Assembly (NCBI RefSeq): GCF_009834535.1
Contig: NC_045696.1
Coordinates: 112,966,001 to 113,030,000, forward strand
Origin: Camelus ferus
Taxonomy: Eukaryota
Direction: 5' to 3'
DNA: 64,000 bases
The position numbers and the translations under genes were made by a program. Shown in pieces: positions 25,802-39,929 of the stretch (its first letter is position 1; every line of letters begins with the position of its first letter). Under the pieces are notes generated by a model, which was not told where the DNA came from, did not search any database, and worked only from the letters and a program-made list of their open reading frames with translations.

Positions 25802-26092
25802 GGGGGGTGGGGGTGGGGGGAAGGATAAATTAGGAATTTGAGATTTGCAGATATTAACTACTGTATATAAAATAAATGAACAACAAGGTCCTACTGTAGA
25901 GCACAGGGAACCATATTCAATATCTTGTAATAACCTATAATGAAAAAGAATATGTATATATATTTATAACTAAATCACTACTCTGTACACCAGAAACTAA
26001 AACAACATTGTACATCAACTATATTTCGATAAAAAACAAAAATAATAAAAAATAATAGTAAAAATTTAGTGTGCCCTTTGCTCACTTGAAAA
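25802..26092 (+). mobile_element. Cetartiodactyl-type L1 3' end with an extra 3' segment
   Basis: G-rich tract, then ggataaattaggaatttgagatttgcagata...agcacagggaac.atattcaatatcttgtaataacc and an A-tail; TSD aaaagcaagggttt (25788-25801) / aaaagcaaatgttt (26093-26106). Confidence 0.88.
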
Positions 26093-26904
26093 AAAAGCAA
26101 ATGTTTAATAAAGAAGGACAGGTAAGAACAGAAGAGTTTTGCTGAGTAGGTTGAAGAAAGGATTCAAAGTCAAATTCAACATCACATTGGCCTTCCATCT
26201 CTACTTAGCACCTGAGGAATGGAGGTGATCAGCCCAGGTGCTCAACGTCCATGAAGACCTAACTCTTGATGTTAGAGACCCAAAAACAGACTTTGTAGTT
26301 TCTGCTGTCTTTTAAAAAAAAAAAAAGGACATCTTTATTCCCATAGTGCCTAGCACGTGGCCAAACACTCAGTCCATGCTTGTTGAAGGAATGAAGTAGG
26401 GAGTGCTGTGTAAACTTCATCCTTGTTCTCAGACTATGAATGGAACTCCTTTCCCATGTAGGAGACTTGGTTGTGGAGAACTTTGGGCTGGGGCCACTTT
26501 GGAAAATGCCATTCATGACTCCATTCTGTAGGGTGCTGCTGAAAACTAAAAATAAAGCTTTGGTCTGGAAAGCTCTGATTCTCGTTACCTTTGTGATCTT
26601 GGAAAAGGTATTTATTCTCTCTGGATCTTAGCTACTTAATTCTAAAATCGTTATCTCTTGATCTTGTCCCATTCTAATGTTCTATAAGCCTGGCCCTGTG
26701 ATTTCAGGTCTGTCTCTAAGCAAGGACAAAGATAGGAATTAATGAGAAGAGAGGGAGACTGTAAATTCCTTATAAGAAAGTTTCATCTAAAACCCGTCTT
26801 CTGTGCTTAAAAGGAAATTATACTCTTCAGTTAAGCCCCACCTACCCTTGTAAATGCCAAGCATAGGTCCAGTTTTAAAGTGTTGTAAAAACTGTATCCC
26901 ATCA

Positions 26905-27845
26905 TTTTTATAATAGCTTTATTGAGATATGATTCACATACCAAAGCAATTCGCTCATTTCAAGTGCACTAAAGTTCTTCCTAGAGTTGTGCAACCATCA
27001 CTATCTAACTTTAGATCATCTGTATCACCTCCAAAAGAAACCTTGTACTGGTTACCACTCATGCCTCATTCTGCCCCCAGCCTTACGCAACCACTAGTCT
27101 TCTTTCTGTCTCTAAGAATTTGCCTGTTGTGGACAGTTCATATGTAAGGAATCATACAATATGTGGTCTTCTATGGCTGGCTTTTTTTTTTTCATTTAAC
27201 ATTTTCAAGGTTTAGTCATGTTGTAGTATGTATTATTACTTCATTGCTTTTTATTGCTGCTTAATATTCCGTTACATGGATATACCACAGTTTATTTTCC
27301 ATTCATCAGTTGATGAGCGTTTGGGTTGTTCCACCTTTGGCGAGTATGCATAGTGCTGCTATGAACATTTGTGTGCAAGTTTCTGTGTGGATGTACATTT
27401 TCATTTCTCTTAGGTATATACCTTGGGGTAAAATTGCTATGTTATATGGTAACTTAATACTTAACATTTTGAGGAACTGCCAGACTGTTTTCCAAAGTGC
27501 TACACCATTTAATACTCCCCTCAGCAGTGTATAAGGTTTCCAATTCTTCACGTCCTCTCCGACAATTAACATTTTCCTTTTCTTTTTTTTTGGATTATTA
27601 CTATTCTAGTAGATATGAAGTGATACCTTGATGTGGTTTTGGTTTGCAGTTTCCCTTATGGCCAGTGATCTTGAGCATCTTCTCATGTGTTTATTGGCTA
27701 TTTTTATATCTGTTTTGGAGAAATAGCCTCATATTCTGTGTATTATTAAACTGTGTTGTCTTTTTATTTTTGAATTCTTTATATATTCTAGATACAAGTC
27801 CCTTATCAGATATATGATTTGCAAAATTTTTCTCCTGCTTCAAAT
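26905..27845 (-). mobile_element. L1MB-type 3' fragment
   Basis: agctttattgagatat.attcacatacc...; ggatataccacagtttattt.ccattcatcagttgat; ttgaggaactgccagactgttttccaaagtg. The ORF at 27306-27572(-) is L1 ORF2 C-terminal-like. Confidence 0.9.
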
Positions 27846-28514
27846 TTAATTTTTGGATGCATTTTATTTCCTTTTTTTTAGAAGTCTTGGAATCTTAAAG
27901 AACAGGTACTTTGGTCTCAAGCCAAATAATTTCCTAATATACAGAGACATGAAGAATCTATCTTTATTCCTAAAACACCTATGACAAAGGAAAACCAAAG
28001 AAAATGGTACAATGGATGGTCCAGCTGTTTCCTGATAAGAAGTTGGCGCCAATGGGGAAATTAATCTCTAACTAAGTTATAAAGGGAAATAAGTGGTCAG
28101 AAGATATGTGATTAAAATCGCCCATAGCTTATCATTAATAGATTTGCATGGAGCTCCACCATGTATTGGGATTAAATAAGAACAGTTGACAGTCTGATTC
28201 TCATCTTATTGAGACTGATAGTCATGATGACAACACAAGAAATTTTTTAAAAACCTGTATATACTGTAAGATTTAAAAAAATAGTTCTTGAGCGATTTTC
28301 CTTTATTGTTTCCTTCTATGTCTTTTCCAAATATTGAATATTGAATATATGGTTTAGTAATTTTCGTTCACATGTTGGAAATAAAAACATATAATAACAT
28401 ATATATGTATTTTTCCTTTTTAAGGATCTCTCTCACTAAAATCAATGATGTTCATTATTCAAATGCCTTCTTCAGTCAGCTTGTTGAAGTCTTTAAAAGA
28501 GCTATCCCAGGATT

Positions 28515-29660
28515 AATTTATCCACTGAGCAATTAATTGCACCATCTGTATTTCAGACTCTGGGGTTGGGGCGGGAAGTAAGGGGGTAGATAAAACAGAC
28601 CTTGACTATGCCTCATGGAGCTTACAGGCAATAAGCAAGTGAAAATTCAAATAAATGTGGAGATACAAAATTTAAAAGTTGCTATGAAGGAAAAGAAGAG
28701 GGTGCTTAGAGAGAATAATGGGGAGACCTATTTTAGGCTGAGAGGGTCAGGGAAGGACCCTAGGATATATGGAGAATTAGATGGAGCCAGCCAGCCCAGG
28801 AGGCAAGAAAGAATCTGCTAGGTCCAAGGGAGGGCACGAAGGCTAGTGCGATAGAAAGGTCAAAAGTGATGAAATCTAGGAAGTGGGCAGGGACCAGTCC
28901 ACATAGGAAGTTGTAGCCCACATTGAGGAGTTGGAATTTCATTCAGAGCATAGTTGAATGGTTTTAAGGGTTTTAGCAGGGGAAATGACGTGATCGGACA
29001 TAAACTTTAAAAAGATCATGTTGGCAGCTTCATGAAGATTGATGTGTGGAAATGAGATAGAAATAGAACTGAAGTGACCATTTAGAAAGCTTTTGGAGTT
29101 GCCTGAGTGGATAGTGCTGGTGGCTTAGACTAAGATGGGACAGTGGAAAACCAATAAGGTGAATGGATTTGAGATTATTTTGGAGATAGGGTGGAATGGT
29201 TAAGAGTGTGTTTTCTAGAGCCAGACTAACTAGGTTAGAATACTAACCTCCCTTCTTACTAGCTGTGTATGGCTATGGGCAAATTAGAGTTGTTATGAAA
29301 ATTGAACGAGTTAATAATGCTGGCTATATATCATCAGAGTACCTGGCACGTAGTGGATGCTTTTATAAGCGTAGTTGTTGATACTGTTTTACTGTTCAGA
29401 AGAATAGGTGTTGGTCGTGGTTTAGATGGGGAACTGGGCAGAGGTGTCAAAGAGAACGGCTGGATTTCTGGCTTGAGTCCCAGCTGGGTGATAGTGACAG
29501 GGCCTGAGATGCAGGAAGCCAGAGGGAAGCAGGGTTTGAGAGGAAGGAAGACCAAGATTCTCGTTGTGGACACATTAGTTTGAGATGTGTATGAGCTATC
29601 CAAGTGGAGACATCAGGCAGCTGGAATCTGGTGCTCAGAGTAGACTCCTGGTCCAGATGA
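28515..29660 (-). mobile_element. L2 LINE fragment with a MIR inserted at ~29190-29370
   Basis: aaaacagac...tgcctcatggagcttaca; ttttagcaggggaaatgacgtgatc..a...actttaaaaagatca; ggacacattagtttgagatg. Confidence 0.8.
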
Positions 29661-29959
29661 TAGCGCTTACGTTCAAGATCACACTAAATGGTACTGTATA
29701 AATTTGTAGAAGAGCCAGCATTTGGAAATAATTTAACCTTGTCCTGGACTGGCCAATCTAGGAGTGAGATATTAAAACAACACTGCGACCCCGACTTTCC
29801 TTGGAGAGGTGGCAGATACGGCAAAAAGTGTGTGGAAATTGTCATCAAACAGACCATCTTTTAATCTTTCCTCCCCCTCTTACTACGGGCATGACTATGA
29901 AGAGTTACAAGTGATGGTGGTTGATTCAATGGGTTGGAGAGGAGGAATCACAGACAACT

Positions 29960-30192
29960 TTCTTTTTTTTTTTTTTATTGAAGTGTAGTTGATTTACAAT
30001 GTTAGTTTCAGGTGCACAGCAAAGCAATTCAGTTATACATACAATATACGTATCTTTTTAGATTCTTTTCCATTATATGTTATTACAAGAAACTGAATAC
30101 AGTTCCCTGTGCTATACAGTAGGTCCTTGTTGTTTATCTATTTTATATGTAGTAGTTTGTATCTGTTAATCCCAAACTCCTAATTTATCCCT
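29960..30192 (-). mobile_element. Cetartiodactyl-type L1 3' end
   Basis: Poly(T), then attgaagtgtagttgatttacaatgtt...agttccctgtgctatacagtaggtccttgttg...aaactcctaatttatccc. Confidence 0.9.
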
Positions 30193-30488
30193 ATCTTAAG
30201 TGCCACACAGCTTGCAAGGCCAGTTTGTGAGATGGACAACAGAGGAAAGAATGTTTCTTGGAGCCTGAACTTCCTCAGGGGGAGGTTAATGTATTTTCCT
30301 TGTAAGTAAGGACCAAAGAAATGTACATAAGATGCCTCGCATAGTACCTAGCACATGGAAGATGCTCAATAAGGTTTTTCTTGTGAGCTTTGGGCTCGTA
30401 CTCCTTTCTTGTCTCAACTGCAAGCATCTCAACCACTCTGCCTGGATCTGCTTCCATTTTCAGATTAAGATGGAAACGGGGGACAGAG

Positions 30489-30697
30489 CAGGGCCTGGAA
30501 TAGGGTGAGGTGAGTGAGGTGCTTGCTCTGGGCGCCAGCAAACTTGGTAAGTCAGAGAAATATTATTTTAATGCAATATTTTAAAAAATCAAAGCAAATG
30601 CAAAAAAATCCATGGTAACATACATTTTTAATAAAGCCAGGATAAGTATCACTGAGTTCTCCTTTTGCCTGGGGCCTTGGCACTCTGTTTGGCACTA
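30489..30697. mobile_element. hAT-Tip100-type MITE (MER96B-like)
   Basis: cagggcctggaatagggtgaggtgagtgaggtgcttgctctgggcgc ... tttgcctgggg...tggcact. Confidence 0.5.
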
Positions 30698-32498
30698 TGA
30701 CAAAGTGAAAACAAAGAAAAAAACGGCTTCCATTCCTGGGCTCCCAAGACTCTTTCTCATCTCTTCCAAAGCTGGTAGCTAAGAGCCAGGCAGCAGACCT
30801 GTGCACTCCGGTGAACTCTCTAGATGCTAAGGAACGTGTTCTAAGCTGTGCTCCTGGGTACACTTGAGACTGGGGTTTGGAGCCTTTAAGCCCAGCCACG
30901 ACCCTCTTCTATCAGGTGCAATGTGGGAGCTGGAGCCAGGTTCCTGGGTTCGCTGCCCGCCGCCCCCAACCCCGCCAGTAAACGCAGACCCTCGTGACCC
31001 TGGAACTGTTGAGCAAACAGCAAGTGAAATATCCCCATGTTCTATTAGAGGCTTGAGTTTAAAGGTCAGCTCTGTGCTTATCGGCCGTAAGTCTGATTCA
31101 CTCCCTAAATGACTCTCAGGGAGTTTTGTGCTTGCAGTATGGACTGAGAAGATGAGCATTTCCATGCAGTGTGGGGAGCTGTTTGCTTTGCAAGGAGCTG
31201 TCTTTGCCAACAGGAAAACTGCAGGTCAGCAGCAGGTGAGAGATGAATGGAGGTCTCCCGCAAGGACCACTTCCTGCCGATTTTGACTTAGAAAGCTAAA
31301 GGTACACATGGTGCATTGGTGGCTTGTGGCTTTCAGCTCTTTCCTGTGAAAATCAGAAAATTTCCAACTGAACCAATTTGTTCATTTCAACAGTGTCCGC
31401 CGGCAGATAAGAAGTAGTTAATGGACAGATTTGTCAAAGTGCTTACCTAGCTTGAAGAAATCAGTTGTGGCATTTTGAGCTTTCAGGTCACTTTTCCTCT
31501 AACAAAAGGTGGGAATGGGGAGGGGAAGGTTTGCCAAATTTTAAAAAGTTATATTAAGTGTTTTTATTTCAAGTTAGAGAAAAAAATTCTAACTTTTCAG
31601 ACATTTTACTGCAAAGGCAACATACTGCCATAACGTCCACGTGCGAATGATTTGGGCTGAGACTAATGAGTGAAGTGAGTCACATTGCTTACTCAAAGCT
31701 GCTGCTGAACATGGGCTGCATGTCAATGGCGCTTTAAGATTGCAACATTTTGTTTGGCGACCTTCATACCAGTTGACTGCATGCACCTTAATCTCGCTCT
31801 CAAAAAGAGCTGAGCCTGCTATGGATTTGGTCGGTGGTTGGTTTTTTGTTTTTTTTTTTTTAAACCCAGTTTTTCATTTACCTACTGCTTTATAACTCCT
31901 GGTGTAATTTGTTCAAAAGGATGAAGTTCATTCTTACATAACCCAGAAACCTATCTTTTGAGTTTTTATGAAAAATAAGTGCGAGGGTTGCCATGAATTG
32001 AGACTGAAAAAGTCTCGTGGGTAGATCAGGTGGTCCCCTTTCCAGAGTCCAAGTAAAGAATGCTTCAGAACAATTGTAGCATATGCGTGCAAATGTGCAA
32101 GGGGGAAGAAAATGCCTTTTTTGGGGGAATAAATTATCTGTCAGACTTTGAGATTTACAATTAAAAGTTCAAAAGCATAAGAATAAACATCAGGATTTTT
32201 AAGCTTTTGTTGGGTTGCCAATTTGTAAATATGGTGTCTGTGTAGCTCTCTCTCGCTGTCCGGTTCCCTGCCCCTCTGCAGATACCGCTTTTTCCACATT
32301 CAATCTTTATTTTTCAAGAATTAATGCAAAGATTTTTCAGTCTATGAGTAAATTTTGCGTGGGCCCTGAGCTACGGTTGTATAGTATACCCATAGAAGTT
32401 TTCTTTCTTAAAGAAGTAAGTAAGAATTTCAGTTGTCTAAGTAAGAATATTAAATATGTAAGTTGTGATACTTCGTTTGAAAGGGTCTAATTTGTTCC

Positions 32499-32552
32499 CC
32501 TTCTTCCTTCCTTCTCTCCCTCCTTCCCTCCTTCTCCCTTCTTTTCTTCCCT
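32499..32552. repeat. (TTCC/TCCC)n polypyrimidine tract
   Basis: ccttcttccttccttctctccctccttccctccttctcccttcttttcttccct. Confidence 0.8.
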
Positions 32553-34274
32553 CATTTATTCTTATCATGTCCATTTGAGTGCTTAGATGACCTTGTTTCA
32601 ATCCCTATAATTACTCATTTTAAGTCAAAGCAGTTAGTCCCACTGAGAACCTGAAAGCCAAACTAGTATCTTGTTTAAACTCCTACTATCCACCCAAACT
32701 TAATTTCCTCTTTCCCCCCTTTATTCCAGTAGTTACTAAGACTAGCGTTTACGCAGAAAGTCTCACCAATATATTGCCTCCTTTGAGTTTAGATACTCTC
32801 TTATTTGTAGTATTTAGCTAAAAGATGAGGCTAGTATTCTTTAAACTGGCTACCCTATTCTGAAAAACTTCACTTACCTCTTCAAACCAGTAGTCTCAGA
32901 ATTGTGGACAGGTGTTCTGCAGAAAACAGTTAACCTGATGTTCAGTTTTGGGGAGAGGAAGTAAAAAAATTCCACTGCAAATTAGAGCTGTTGGACTACA
33001 CATTGGTCTATTAATAAGCTCCCCGTGGAGCTAAAATACAGTGCTGCCATCTTTTCTCCCATGGTGTTCCCCGATGTGGGTTACTTGGTCCTGGGAATTT
33101 CCTGCCGAAAGCCCATTTCTGTCAATCAGCCATCGCACGTTCCTGGGGATGGTGAATGTGGCAGCGGCAGGGCATCCTGCATTTTAATGTGCGAATGGCC
33201 TGCCCCGGTTTCGGAAATGGGTCATGCATGTGTAAACCCCTGAAAACAGTTGGGAGCAGTTTCAAAGTCAAGAAAATGCATGATGACTGGGGTACTGTGT
33301 TCACCCGCGCTTCTGCTGAGACGCATATGTGAGTGGCTTGCACTCAAGGATGGGAAATCCTCATTTCTAAAGGTCTTCGGGTGTCTGTGTCTTTTGTTTG
33401 CTTTTCATTCACCGGCTTTGCAACCACTGCTCCGTCTGCCCCCACCAGCCGTGTGCCGCCCCACCACCGCCCTCTCTCACATTCTGAACTGGGCCTGTGC
33501 GTGTAGACTCACACCATTCCTGCTCTCACTTCCTCCTGCCTTGATGCCTGTTTGTCCTTGACCTTATTTTGGCTGGTCGGGTTGCCATTCTCCACATTCA
33601 TCCCTGTCTGGCCTGTCTTTGCGTGGGCTCCTCTGTCGTTTATTTTTAACTTGTGGCACGTGGTCCCTCACTGTCATCTGCTGGCCTGCTTTCTCGTCCT
33701 CCTCCAGAGCCAACTCGGGTCTTGTCTTCTCCGAAAGGACCTTCCTGTACTTGAATCTAGATTCTGTCCCCAGGACTTGCTAACTCTTGACCATCGTTTA
33801 TTCTTGTCATGATTGCTTAGATGATCTTAGATCTTAGATGGATTACAGACATTGTCCAACAAGCTGAATTTGTTGTAAACATTCAAAGACTAAGATTTTT
33901 ATTTTTTATAGATTTTGTCATCTTACGACAGGTACTTAACAGGGCATGGTGGGGGGCGGGTCTCAGTTATGGAAATGAAATTCCAGCTTGTGGCCCTTGC
34001 AAGATATGGGAGGTAAACAAGTCTATTTTAATAAAGACTTATCTCTTACGGTTGCTCCTCCATCTGTTGGAAGGAGTCAGGAAAAGGCCTGATTATCTGT
34101 GTATTTTAGCTTTTCTAATTGATAACAATTGTCTCTGGAAAATTGTGTACAGGGTTATCGACAATGATCATGAATATTATTAACATTGTAAATTTCATTT
34201 TTAATCTCTTTTGGCAGTATTACTGCCTTTCTCAGAGTTAATCAATAACAGTTTTTCTAAGGGAAACTTTATTC

Positions 34275-34612
34275 CCCCCACCTTAACTATTTTTAAGTAT
34301 ATAGTTCAGTGGGGTATTGAGTACATTTGCCTTGTGTGATCATCACCACCAGCCATCTCCAACACACTTCATCTTGCAAAACTGAAACTCTGCAACAGTA
34401 ACTCCCTGTTCCCCCTCCTGCCAGCCCCTGGCCACCATTATTTTACTTTCTGTCTGTATGAACTTAACTACTCCAAGTACCTCATATAAGTGGAATCATA
34501 ACATATTTGCTTTTTGTGGCTGGCTTATTTCATTTTGCACAATGTCCTCAAGGTACATCTGTGTCGTAGCATGTGTCAGAATTTCTGTCCTTTATAAGGC
34601 AGAATAATACTT
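34275..34612 (-). mobile_element. L1MB2/3-like 3' fragment
   Basis: catcttgcaaaactgaaactctg; tacctcatataagtggaatcata; gtagcatgtgtcagaattt. Confidence 0.88.
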
Positions 34613-37600
34613 GACTAATGAACATTTTTTAAAGGATCTTGCAACAGCATTTTGACCCCTGATTTATGTTTGTATATGGTAATGGTGATTATTTCACACA
34701 TGCAAGTATTTTTCTTTTAGTTATTAAGTTATATCCCTTTGTCGATCACTGAAATTAGATCATGAAAATATTAACTTGATTTTCCTTAAATTCTCAAGGT
34801 TCTAAAGCATTCAAAATTAATAATAATTTTCTATTTTTTATACATAGGAAAAGATACATCTTTTATATTTTTAAAAGGGAAAAACTTTTGTAAAAAAAAT
34901 TGCTATGTTTAACCGTCAAAATATAGATTACATTTGTCACTTCTCAGAATTAGACACCCTTTAGGCATTTCCAAATTTTTACGTAATTTAAAAATATACA
35001 AATGAAATTTTTTCATTATTAAGATAATTATATTACAAGACATTTGGAGAAAAGACACTAGGAAAATCCTTTATAAATCCATCTCTCAGATGTAACTTAG
35101 AATTGAAGTGCCTTTCCCTGCAGTCTTTTTTGTTTGCACACATTTTTATTTACATGATTCTACCACGGTATGTTATACATGCCTTTATTTATCTAAGAAG
35201 GAAAAGCTGCCTATCAGAAATCAAGGTACCTTCACCAAAGGGATGAACACTTGTCTGATTGAACTCGAAAGCACCGTGAGGGAGGCACAGTTAACTTGTG
35301 TGTTTGGACACCAAGGATCTGCTGTTTGTGTGATTAGGGACGACTGGGTGGGACTTCGCTAGAGCTGGGAGGAGCCAAGCTGTGATTGGCCATATCTGTG
35401 GAGAACATACCTGCCACTGGAAAGAAGGAAGGAAACAAGGACAAGCAGGGATGAATGATGGAAACCTGTGGGTGTCTGGGCGGTGCTGGGCTCCCTGGCT
35501 CCTGCCAACCTTCCTCGGAGTCTCAGTACACCTCAGTATCCTCCCATTAGTTTCTAAAAATTGGGGTTCTGTTTCTTTTCATGGAAAGAGACTTGACTGA
35601 TCCATCTTGCCTTTCCCCTATTTCTGTCTTGTTTGGGTGGTCCAGGTGATTTACCAGCTTTAGACTCTTCAAGCTGGTATTACTGATCTTCAGTGAAACT
35701 TCTCCGAACAAGCAGGCAGATGCTGTGTCCCTGTGGCTCTGTGTCAGGGATCTAGCAGGTACTTAAGAACTGCTTACCACCGAGCGAAGCAGTCTTGAAG
35801 ACCAATGCGCTCCTTCCCTGAGACCTGCAGCAATCTTGTTGGGTCCAGGAAGCAACTACTTGTCTCTTTTTAGTTCAAAATCCTGTGATACCACTAGGGG
35901 ACCACTGAATATCCTTCTTTCCGCATCTCCCATTTGCACATTACTAACTGCTGACAAATTCTAAGCACAGAAGGATCCGACTCTCTCCAGTTCTCTTGGC
36001 TTTCACTGATTCATCATCCGGCCCCCCCGCCTCCCAATCCCTTCCCCTCCAGGACTCAGTCCTTCGATGTGTGATATCCAGGACTTTAAATTTACATGAG
36101 GGCTGACCACTATTATGCCCCCTAAGAATAGAGTCTTAGTGACACTGATTATACATGGGCTAAGTAGAAGTAAATCAGAAGAAATGAAGATATCCCTGTG
36201 GCACATGGTTATATAACCAAAAAAGACAGCTGGTAACTGAACTTAGAATTAATATATTAACAGGACAAGATAAAACAAAAGATTTCCTCTGGGATCCAGC
36301 CTTCCCCATTACTGCAAAGAAAGGCGTGGCATGAGAAAGCTGTCTCCCTAGGTGTATGGCAGTTTCATTTACAGCTGTCTGTGTTATGGGGATCGTTTTA
36401 AGTTCTGGAGTTAACTATTTTTTTTCTTATGGCTAAACTTAGTTAATTGTTACAAGATGGTAGGTTGTATAGAATATTCAATACTATGTAAAAAGAGTTG
36501 GTGGGTTTTTCTTCTGGTGATGTATTTATTATAACTTATAACATATATTAAGTGCTTCGGATTTTTCCTACGTGGATTAAAAAATAAATATGTAGCTCTT
36601 TGAAATTCCATTGATTTGAGTTGAAAGGGGGTGCTATGCTTGCTAATTTTATAATTAAAATATATGTTGCTTAAAAGTTTTCATCTACTTTTGCTTTAAA
36701 AATTTTTTTAAAGCTGTAAAATTACTTGATTTCTTATAAAACCAGAGGCAATATTTGCATAATTGTGTCCCCGATGATGATGGGACACTGGAAAGTTGCA
36801 AGAAATACTTTGCAAGAAGAACAGTGGTGGCAGTCATTTGCAGCTAGACCTGAATGTAGTGTGTGTGGAACTGTGACGAATTCCCTTTTGGAAAATAGGG
36901 GTGTAATTAATACCCTAACAGTATTACTACTTGATACCGTGATGACCCCAAAGCTCCAACGGTACCACTACGATATTTTATACATCAAAGAAATATCACC
37001 ATCAAGACCTCAGACTTTAAGGTCAGAAGGAGAGGGAAACGGTGGCGGGGAGGAAGTGGCCATGGCACTGAGGGAGGAGGAAACTTGAGTGATATACTCT
37101 GGGTTAAGTTGAGCTACATAACAGAAATCCCCTACCTGCCTTCCCAGAGGGTCTTTTTTCATATGAATGTGTGCATGTCTCATCAGCTGGAATATGAGCT
37201 CCCTGGGGGGGAAGTGCTACAGAAAATCGGTCTGTAAAGACATATACGTGCCCTTTGGGAACTTAACTTCTTGTTGGGTAAGATAAAAATACCGCCTACG
37301 AGGAGAGCTAAAAATACAGGATGTTTCAAGTGTCATAGGGATGGATAGAGTTTACCGGTTTGTTAAACTTGTTTAAATTACCAGAAGTAGTTTAAACAGT
37401 TGGGTTCATCCCTGGAACCTAAAGCCCAGCCTAGAGCCTGGCACACAGCAGGTAAGCAAAGCAATCTGTGGTTGTTAACATTGTTGATAAAAATAGATGT
37501 TGAAAAGCTTCTGATGGTCAGGTAAATTGGGGAAATTCTGGATTAATCAAAGTGAAAATGAAGACTCGGTCTTTAAAAGCTAAGTACCTTATGAACTCCC

Positions 37601-37779
37601 AAAAGGGTGATACGGGTATTTGTCTGATTAGAGAAATCTTTGAAATTGTGGAAGAGCTTGCAGGACTTGCATTCACCGTCACACACTTTGGAAAATTTGG
37701 GCAAAAAACAAGAAATGCTTTAATGATGATGTGTCCAGTAAGGCGGCAGAGGAAGGCTCTAGAATTCATTGAATCCCGC

Positions 37780-38224
37780 TGTATTCATTTGCTGCTGCTG
37801 TGGTAATAAATTACCACCAATTTAGTAGTGTAAAACAACACAAATTTATTATCTTATAATTCTGGAAGTAGAAGTCAAAATAGGTCAGCCAGGGTTTGCT
37901 CCTTCTGGAGACGGTAGGGGAGAATCTGATTCCTTGCTTTTTCCAACTCTTAGAAGCCGCCCAAATTCTTTGACCGGTGGCCCTGCATCACCCTGACCTG
38001 GGCATCTGTCATCACACCTCCTCCTCTTGATTCTCCTGCCTCTTTCCCTTCTAGGACCCTTGTGATTATACTGGACCCACTCGGATAGTACAGAACAAAC
38101 TGTCCATCTTGAGATCCTTACCTTAATCACATCTTTAAAGTGCCTTTTGCCATGTAATATAACATATTCAGTTTCCAGAGTCAGGATGTGGACATCTCTG
38201 GGTACCATTATTCAGCCTCCCACA
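37780..38224 (-). mobile_element. Full-length MLT1 (C/D-type) MaLR solo LTR
   Basis: TG...CA termini (tgtatt...cctcccaca); aaattaccac.aatttagt...aaaacaacacaaatttatt; 5-bp TSD cccgc / cccac. Confidence 0.9.
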
Positions 38225-39929
38225 CCCACATTATATTCCCCAGAACCCTAGATGGCACCCAATAAATATTTCCTGCGTATCATTAAGAGACAGAATTAAA
38301 TGGTTTTAGTAAAGCCCCCTGAATTACGCTGGTGAAGGAGAAATGAATGTCTGGCTTCGTCACTGCAAGTAGGTTTTGCAAGCATTCTTAAGAGTATAGG
38401 TTTTTTTGAGAAAAGTCTTTCCAATGTGGGCAGTGTTATGAAATGATAATTTAGCAGAGGCAGCACGCATTTCCGCAGAAACACACATCATTCCTTCAAT
38501 AATCACTCAGCCGGCTGACCTCCCTCCAGACCTGCCTCCTGGGTTTGGGTTGTTGTGCTGTGGCCAGACTTTGAGTGGGAGGAAGATGGAGGTTGGCAGA
38601 GTCGAGTGGGAGGAGGCGGGAGTGGAAGACGCAGAAAAGAAATCAGCAGATCTGATGGAGAGATGGCTTCCGGGATGCCTTGTAGAAGTGGAGGTGGCTT
38701 CGGAGACGCTCACTCCACTGGTTCCCTAAGATAGTGCAGTAAAATTAGAGGGACACAAAAGGAAGACTTCTCATTTCCATAGAAGGTTGTATCTCATGTG
38801 TCCAGCTTCTTGTTTCTCTTGTCAATTGTTGATGTGCGTTTTATATTCTTTCAGAAATAAATTGTATTGTGATGTTTATTGTAGAAAATAAAAATGACCT
38901 AGTCTCATACTTAGAGATAACCGCTGTAATATTTTAGTACACTTTCTTCCAATTTTTTTTCTGTATATATTTTTGCATTACAGAATCAGGACCATCGTCT
39001 AGATGTAGTTTTATATCTTACTTATGTTCACTTGACTGACATCATTTTCATTTTCTCATGGCATGAAACAGTCTTCAAAACATGATTAATTAATGACTGT
39101 ATAATATTGCACTTTGGGACGTATAACTCTAGCTGAGTGTTCATGCTTTGCATTCATCTTTTGCCATCCTCTTAATTGCTTCTACATGATAGTAGATGCA
39201 ATCAAAGGGCATGAATATTTTTATACTTCGTCTTAGACACGGTCAAAGGTATTAATTTACACTCCAGCTGGCAATGTGTGAGAGTATCTTCCTCTCCTCA
39301 CACTCAGCAGCAATAAGCATTAATCACTTGAGAAAGTTTTGAGTGCTTATCGGACATTTATGGCAATTCTTATGTAACTTGTGGATCCCTGTTCTTTGCC
39401 CATTTATCCACTGAGACCTTCATTTTTGCTCATGAAGTTTCTATTAATGATTCTTTTTATGTCACATCTCTGACAATTATTTTTCTAGGTTGGTGTTTGC
39501 CTTGGAATTTAGAGTATTGTGCTATCTGATACATGAATTTTTTCATGGTTATTCCTGCAGTCAGATCTATTATACTTTCTGATGTGTTCCACTACTTCTA
39601 TTTGGAAATTCTTTGTTTGGCCCAATATCTAATAAATAACAGCCTGTATTTTTCATAATCTTTTATAATTTTATTTTTAATTTCGTATGTAATCCATCTG
39701 TAATTGAGTTTGACATATTGGATGAAGTAGAGATATAATTTTAACTATTCAAATAGTCCAACAGCACTTATTATTAAATAATCCCTTTTCTCTTTATTGA
39801 GTTGTGATTAAGTCTATCTTTAATTACATTGGTATATACATTTTTGTATCTGGGCTCTTTATTCTATTTATTTAACCATCTGTTGGTTATTATAGCAGAA
39901 CCATATTATATTTTGTATATCACCTTTCT

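Noticed and set aside
25797..25824. Strong G-quadruplex motif
   Set aside because: It is the ordinary G-rich tract of the L1 3' UTR
27306..27572. ORF with L1 ORF2 C-terminal similarity (WKTVWQFLKML...TCTQMFIAAL)
   Set aside because: Fragment of a dead L1MB element, not a host gene
37885..38208. 107-aa ORF
   Set aside because: Entirely within an MLT1 solo LTR
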